From positions 72,850,001 through 72,914,000 of the forward strand of contig OZ024741.1 in NCBI GenBank assembly GCA_964016885.1: a stretch of DNA of 64,000 nucleotides, given 5' to 3'. Made by a program: the position numbers and the translations under genes. The notes beneath the pieces were generated by a model that made no database searches, was not told the origin of the DNA, and saw only the letters and a program-made list of their open reading frames with translations. The stretch's first letter is position 1. Every line of letters begins with the position of its first letter. Origin of the DNA: Eledone cirrhosa. Taxonomy: Eukaryota. This document shows, one piece after another, positions 58,701 to 64,000 of the stretch.

Positions 58701-59410
58701 GATATCAACCAAATCTTGTCCTAGCCTGTGAGCATTCACTTCCTCAATGGCCGTATCTTTGTTCCAGGTATTATTTATTTCAGTATTTAGATCATTGTCT
58801 GCTTCGGATGGTTCCTCCATTCTCTCAACCTCTTCATCTTCACCTTCATCTCCCACTGGCTCGTTTGTCTGGCATACTCCACTCTCCATTTCCAATCTAA
58901 TCTCTCTGCTCAGTTCCTCCAGTTCCAGCTCGCTTATCTACCCATTAGTTCTTATTACCCGAGCCTGCCCGGCCAATTTTTGTTCATCTAATTTAAATAG
59001 ACCAATCTCGTTCCAGATGCTATGCATCCGTTTCCTATAGCCTTTTTCCTTGGGGTTACTCTTCAGGTAACATTGCATAACAGTTCTATTCAATTCTTTC
59101 GTCCAGTTGGTTCTGGCCCCTTTCCTTCTTCTTCTTCCTCCAACACCAGCAGTATTTGGATGACAGCCAGGTCCCTGCTGCTGGACCAGGGAGCACCTGC
59201 TGCTGGACCAGGGAGCACCTGCTGGGTGAGAGTCTGTCACATGACATTCCAGTCTCCACTTCACCGTTATTCGAACTGTTTAGGTTCGACATTTAAACAC
59301 TCATAACGAGGATTGGTGAATGTATGATTACATAACCACCGGTGATTTCATCACCCCCAGTGATTTGATCACCCCCGGTGATTTTAGCGTGGCACTATCA
59401 CACTGTAGGC
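55790..59410 (-). mobile_element. Near full-length R4/Dong-like RLE non-LTR retrotransposon (decayed)
   Basis: N-terminal WTKELN..VMQCY...GYRKRMHSIW; RT KSPGPDG, GIFQGDSLSPLLF, FMDDLK; CRICG knuckle; RLE HNRSDLVV...VDVACP..EK..RYQDL; (TAA)n tail; several stops and frameshifts. Confidence 0.9.
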
Positions 59411-59681
59411 GAACATAAATAAATAAACAAATAAATAGGTAAAAACTTTAAAAAATAAGCATAAGTTTCATTGTAATGTAATGTTTGAATGTCTAACTTA
59501 GTTGTTTTGTTTGTTTGTTTGTTTGTTTTTCTTTTCTTTTTCTTTTCTTTACGTTTTTCGTTGCTGCTGCGCTGTTTTGATTTTGATTTTGATTTTTTGA
59601 TTTTTTGACCGGGTCATCAAATCATTCTATTTATATCTTTTTATACCCTTCTCACTTAGTGGGAATACTACTATCCCTCTG

Positions 59682-59832
59682 TCTTAGCAGGAGGTAGTGG
59701 GAGAGAATAGCGGCGGTAGCGATAATGAGGCAGTGGTGGTGATGCGATAGTAGTACTTAGCAGGAGGTAGTGTGAGAGAATAGCGGCGGTAGCGATAATG
59801 AGGCAGTGGTGGTGGTGATGTGATCGTAGTAC
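59682..59832 (+). repeat. Tandem duplication of a unit of about 73 bp
   Basis: CTTAGCAGGAGGTAGTG.GAGAGAATAGCGGCGGTAGCGATAATGAGGCAGTGGTGGTG x2. Confidence 0.85.
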
Positions 59833-60231
59833 TGTAGTGATGGTGTTGAAGTTGAAGTAGAAATAGAAGTTGAAGTAACAGTTGGCTTGGTTAGAATTTT
59901 TTGTGTGGTAGTGGTGATGGTGGCGGCGGCGGTGGTGGTGTTGGTGGTGGAATTATTTGCCTGTCTGTCCACGTAGCGATTTTCCTCTTTTTTGACTATA
60001 ACATTTCTGATCCAAAATTAAATATTAAATATTGGGGCCCTATGCCATAATGTGATGCGTTGTCGCTTGCTGAGAGTTAAAAAACTGTAATCTTATGTTT
60101 CATATGTAATAAGAATTATTCTTTCACAGTTGTTTTAAATATGTAAAAATCAAAAACTTACGGGAGAGATTCAATAACACTATATCCACCATGTGCGTCC
60201 TCTTCCCCATTCTTCCCTATTATTATTATTA

Positions 60232-63200
60232 CAGAGGGGGAGATTTTGAAATGAGCACATTTTGCGTGCCAGAAGATTTGCTTCTGGTCCGAATGTCACT
60301 CAATTCCTTCAAAGAAATACGAGACAGCTTTCCTCGGAACGTGGGAACCCCGAATGTGAAACCCACATCAAGACTTTTAAAGGGGTTCCCAACCATGGAG
60401 GTCGAACCACCCGACCTTCACAAGACCCCGGGAGGTAAGTAAGCCTTCCCTCTCTCTCTTAACTTACCAATATGGCCATATTAAGAGTAGGAAGTTTAAA
60501 TGTTCATGGCCTGGGGTCACTCTGGAAGCAGGGTCGCCTGCTCAACGACCTCAGGTCGCTGGAAATGGATGTGATTGCTGTCAGCGAGACCAGAATTTCC
60601 GACACGCGCGCACTAGCCCCCATTTTCGACGACTATCAGATCTTCGCATCTGTTAGCAGACCGGGAATGGGGAGTGGGGTGGCAGTTCTGTTTAGGAAAG
60701 GACTGGATCTCGAGGTAAGATCGATCTTCGGGGACCCGGACGGTAAGTTGGTGGTCTTGGATGTGAGCAGTAGCGAAGGTGGTACCTTTAGACTGCTGGC
60801 CGGCTACGTCCCTACAGGGGCCGGACGACCGGACTTCTTTAGGCGCCTGGAGACCTTTCTGGGTACGTCTCGCCCTTTACTGTTAGCGAGGGACTGGAAT
60901 GGCATCTTAGACGCACGCTGGGATTGTGTGGGAGTAGCCGATAGGAGCGGGGAGTGCAAAAGCCTCAAGCACCTACTCAGCCAGTTCCAACTGTCTGACA
61001 GGTATCGACTAGATTTCCCCAATGTGCCAGTATGGACATGGACCAACCGAATAGGGTCATCTAGATCGTATATAGACAGGATCTTCATTAGGAAAATAGA
61101 TAGAAATAGTATGGGCTGCCCACTTTTTCAAACGGTCGCCTATTCAGATCACAAATGTGTGATCTGTACGGTCGACCTAGATAAAACGCGTAGGTTAAGA
61201 CCAGGTTACTGGAAGCTGAGCATGTCATTTCCGGCACGTAAGGCTTACAGGGACCGAGTAAACAATTTAGTTAAGCAAAGGTTGACAGGGGGGATCATCA
61301 ACAACAGATGGTGGGGGGGGGGGGGGGCTCCCAAACGAGAGATTAGAGTAACTTCGATAGAATTCAGCAAAGAACTAGCGTGAGAGAAAAATAGAAAGGC
61401 GGGGGAGCTGGTAGATAAGTTAGACGAGGCTATTTGTAGCGGCATTGCAACTGAAGTGCTAGCGGCGAGAATGGCATTAGACCATTTCTTCAATGCGAAA
61501 CACGAAGGTTGCATTGTCAGAGCTAAGGCGCGTGCGCTGAGAAACGAGGGAACCAAAGCTGTTCGATGGGCCCGCGTGGCGGAGGCGCAGCGTGGTAATA
61601 AAACCACAATTCGGTCTTTGGCGGACCGAGACGGACACGAGATAAGCGATTCCAAGCCGATGTGTGAAGCCTTTTGCCAGCACTTTGCTCGGTTGTTCGG
61701 GGAGAGTGGCGAGTCAGAGAGAGTAGCGGATTTCAGTCCCTACCTTGACGGCTTGCCGCGCATCTCGACGGTCGACGCTGAGCTCTGCGAAATGCCGAGT
61801 ACTTCAGCCGAAATTCAGGACGCCCTTGTCGGCTGCATAAGGCGCAAGTCACCCGGTTTGGATGGCCTGCCCCACGAGCTTTACGTAAATATGCCAGACT
61901 TGTTCTCCGAACTCCTCGAAGCATTTTACTGCAACTGGCAGCAGAATGGGAGTATTCCCAGTTCTGTGAGCAGAGGAGTGGTGACGCTGATAAGGAAAGA
62001 CGAGAACAAGAGGGATACATTACACAAATTCAGGCCCATAACTGTGCTCAACACAGAGTTTAAGATTTTGGCCAAGGTGTTAGCAAAGAGATTGGCGCTT
62101 GTCGTCGAGGATTTGGTTGGGGATGCGCAAACTTGCGCAATCCCAGCCAGGTTCGTACACGACAATCTCCACCTCATGCGATATATAATAGAGAGGGTAG
62201 GGTGTAAACCTGGCTTCGGTGGGGCACTGATCAATTTAGATCAATCGAAAGCATTCGATAGGGTCGACCATCGGTATTTGGAGTTTGTCCTCAAAGCAGC
62301 TGGCTTCGGCCCTGTCTTCAGAAGTTGCATCGCTACAATGCACAGCGGCACACGCTCGGTGGTCAAGGTTAATGGCCACCTCTCGGAACCATTTCGGCTC
62401 TCCCGATCGGTCCGTCAAGGGTGCCCTCTCTCTTCCCTTCTGTACGTATTGACTCTCGAGCCTTTACTGCAGAAGCTGGAGCTGTTGCAGGGCATCCCGC
62501 TCGAACAGGGACGTGGAAAGGCGGTGTCGGCTTATGCGGACGACATCACCGTGATTGTGTCGAACACCTCAGAAATCGAAGTGGTCGGCACCTTATTGAA
62601 GGAATATGAAAAGTTGACAGGAGCCAAACTTAACCCGGAAAAGTCGGTGGGCTTGCAGCTCGGAACCTGGAGAGACAAGCCCATGCCGTCCAACAGCGTC
62701 GTTAGGCGCTGGAGGGACGGACCGGTAAAGTTGCTCGAGGTTTGGTTCGGACCAGACCTCCAGGTGGAAAAGAATTGGGACGAGGTAACGAGCAGAGTAG
62801 CCAGACTCACCCAAAAATGGGCTGGAAGGAAGCTATCACTGAAAGGTCGGGCGGATGTGGCAAATACGTACATCGCGTCCGTCATCTACTACCGCCTGAC
62901 CGTCGTGCCTTGACCCGTCCGCGCCTCGTCAAGATGGAACGGATCCTCTTCAAATTCTTGTGGAGAGGACAAGTTCCGTTGGTGAGGCGGTCCATCTGCT
63001 GCCAGCACCCTCTACGCGGAGGGCTGGGCATGCCGTGGCTAATGATGCTCAGACATGCGTTGAGGCTGCAACATCTCCAGATATTCTGCCTCAACGGTGA
63101 ACAGGTGTGGTCGCCGTTTATCAGACGGGCCTTTCCACAGCTCATTTCTTTGACTGAGATGCATTCCTGGGTTAAGAAGAGACCGAGACTGGGTGACTGA

Positions 63201-64000
63201 CACCTGGAATGTTGCCAGGCACTCACTGCCCTCTATCAAGCGGGCAATGCGATCAGTGGAACTTCCACTCTCGAGTTCTATAGAGGATTAGTGGTGGGCA
63301 AGTGCGATGACGCACTCGGAGAAGCTTTGGGCCTCGACGAAGTCGAACTGACCAGTCTGTACCGGAGGACTTTTGAGCCGGGGACGATGGACAATTTCCA
63401 GAAATCCCTCGCTTGGCAATGCTACCGGGGGGCACTGCCGGTTCGGGATAAACTCTACAGGCACGAAAGTTTTGTCAGACGGACCTGCCCAAGATGCGCA
63501 CAGAACGACGAAACCGTTCTGCACGCACTTGTCCAATGTCCGTGCATTACTGACTTGTGGAGTTATGTCGAACAGCTACTGTCGCGTGTGGAACGAATCC
63601 GGCTATCGGCCGAGTCCATAGTGAAGATCGATCCACCGCCTTCCTTAGGTCAGGAAGAGCAGGAAATTTCCCTCTGTCTGGTGGCAGTTGCGAAAGAGGT
63701 TATATGGTGGACGAGGTTGGAAGGACTGAAGACAGACACTTTTCTCTTCGGCCAATCCCTCATCAACTTCTTCAAGTTTCACCTGGAAAGGAAGGTGAGG
63801 GTGGAGAGAGAAGTGCTGCCCCCCAGTACATTTGCTAAAAGGTGGGTGAATGTGGCGAGAAAGGCTCGTGTGAATGGGCCTACTCTGACCATGCGCCTAT
63901 AGGCTAGCTAACTTGAGGAGAAGGGTGCTCTCCCTGGGTGCCTTAGAAGCGCAGGGTGGTTCAGGATCGGTGGGATACCCGAGTCACCCCAGGGTCGTCC
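60232..64000 (+). mobile_element. 5'-truncated Tx1/L1-clade LINE (ORF1 tail + disrupted ORF2 60472-63902)
   Basis: APE SLNVHGL, VSETR, DWN, YIDRIF, SDH; RT QGCPLS, YADD; CCHC motif; stops or frameshifts at about 61381, 62911 and 63198; same family as 39224-43760; runs off the window. Confidence 0.9.

Overview
This is eukaryotic, gene-poor, AT-rich DNA packed with microsatellites ((TA)n, (CA)n, (TGTA)n, (TAA)n). The repeat make-up suggests a coleoid cephalopod or other mollusc (inference). Most ORFs in the supplied track are microsatellite artefacts. Mobile elements: (1) one apparently intact RTE-clade LINE (ORF 12492-16037; AP endonuclease + RT + three C2H2 fingers) and three ORF-less 5'+3' derivatives from two RTE families; (2) Penelope-like element (PLE) remnants of at least three families, with about 15 hammerhead-ribozyme-like motifs and many fold-back fragments; (3) two decayed Tx1/L1-clade LINEs; (4) an R4/Dong-like restriction-like-endonuclease (RLE) LINE plus 3' ends of a second RLE family; (5) a decayed hAT-like transposon, tRNA-derived SINEs and a Tc1/mariner-type MITE. 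Also present: a 54-bp minisatellite of about 54 units and a broken HAD-superfamily gene fragment between inverted repeats. No intact host gene, rRNA, tRNA or CRISPR array could be supported. The most notable signal is an RNA architecture shared by both RTE families: a 5'UTR pseudoknot, a 5'UTR-3'UTR panhandle whose sequence differs while pairing is kept, and a 3' hairpin. A second signal is a set of retroelements that appear to insert into microsatellite tails made by other elements. All structures were read by eye, and coordinates of decayed elements are approximate.
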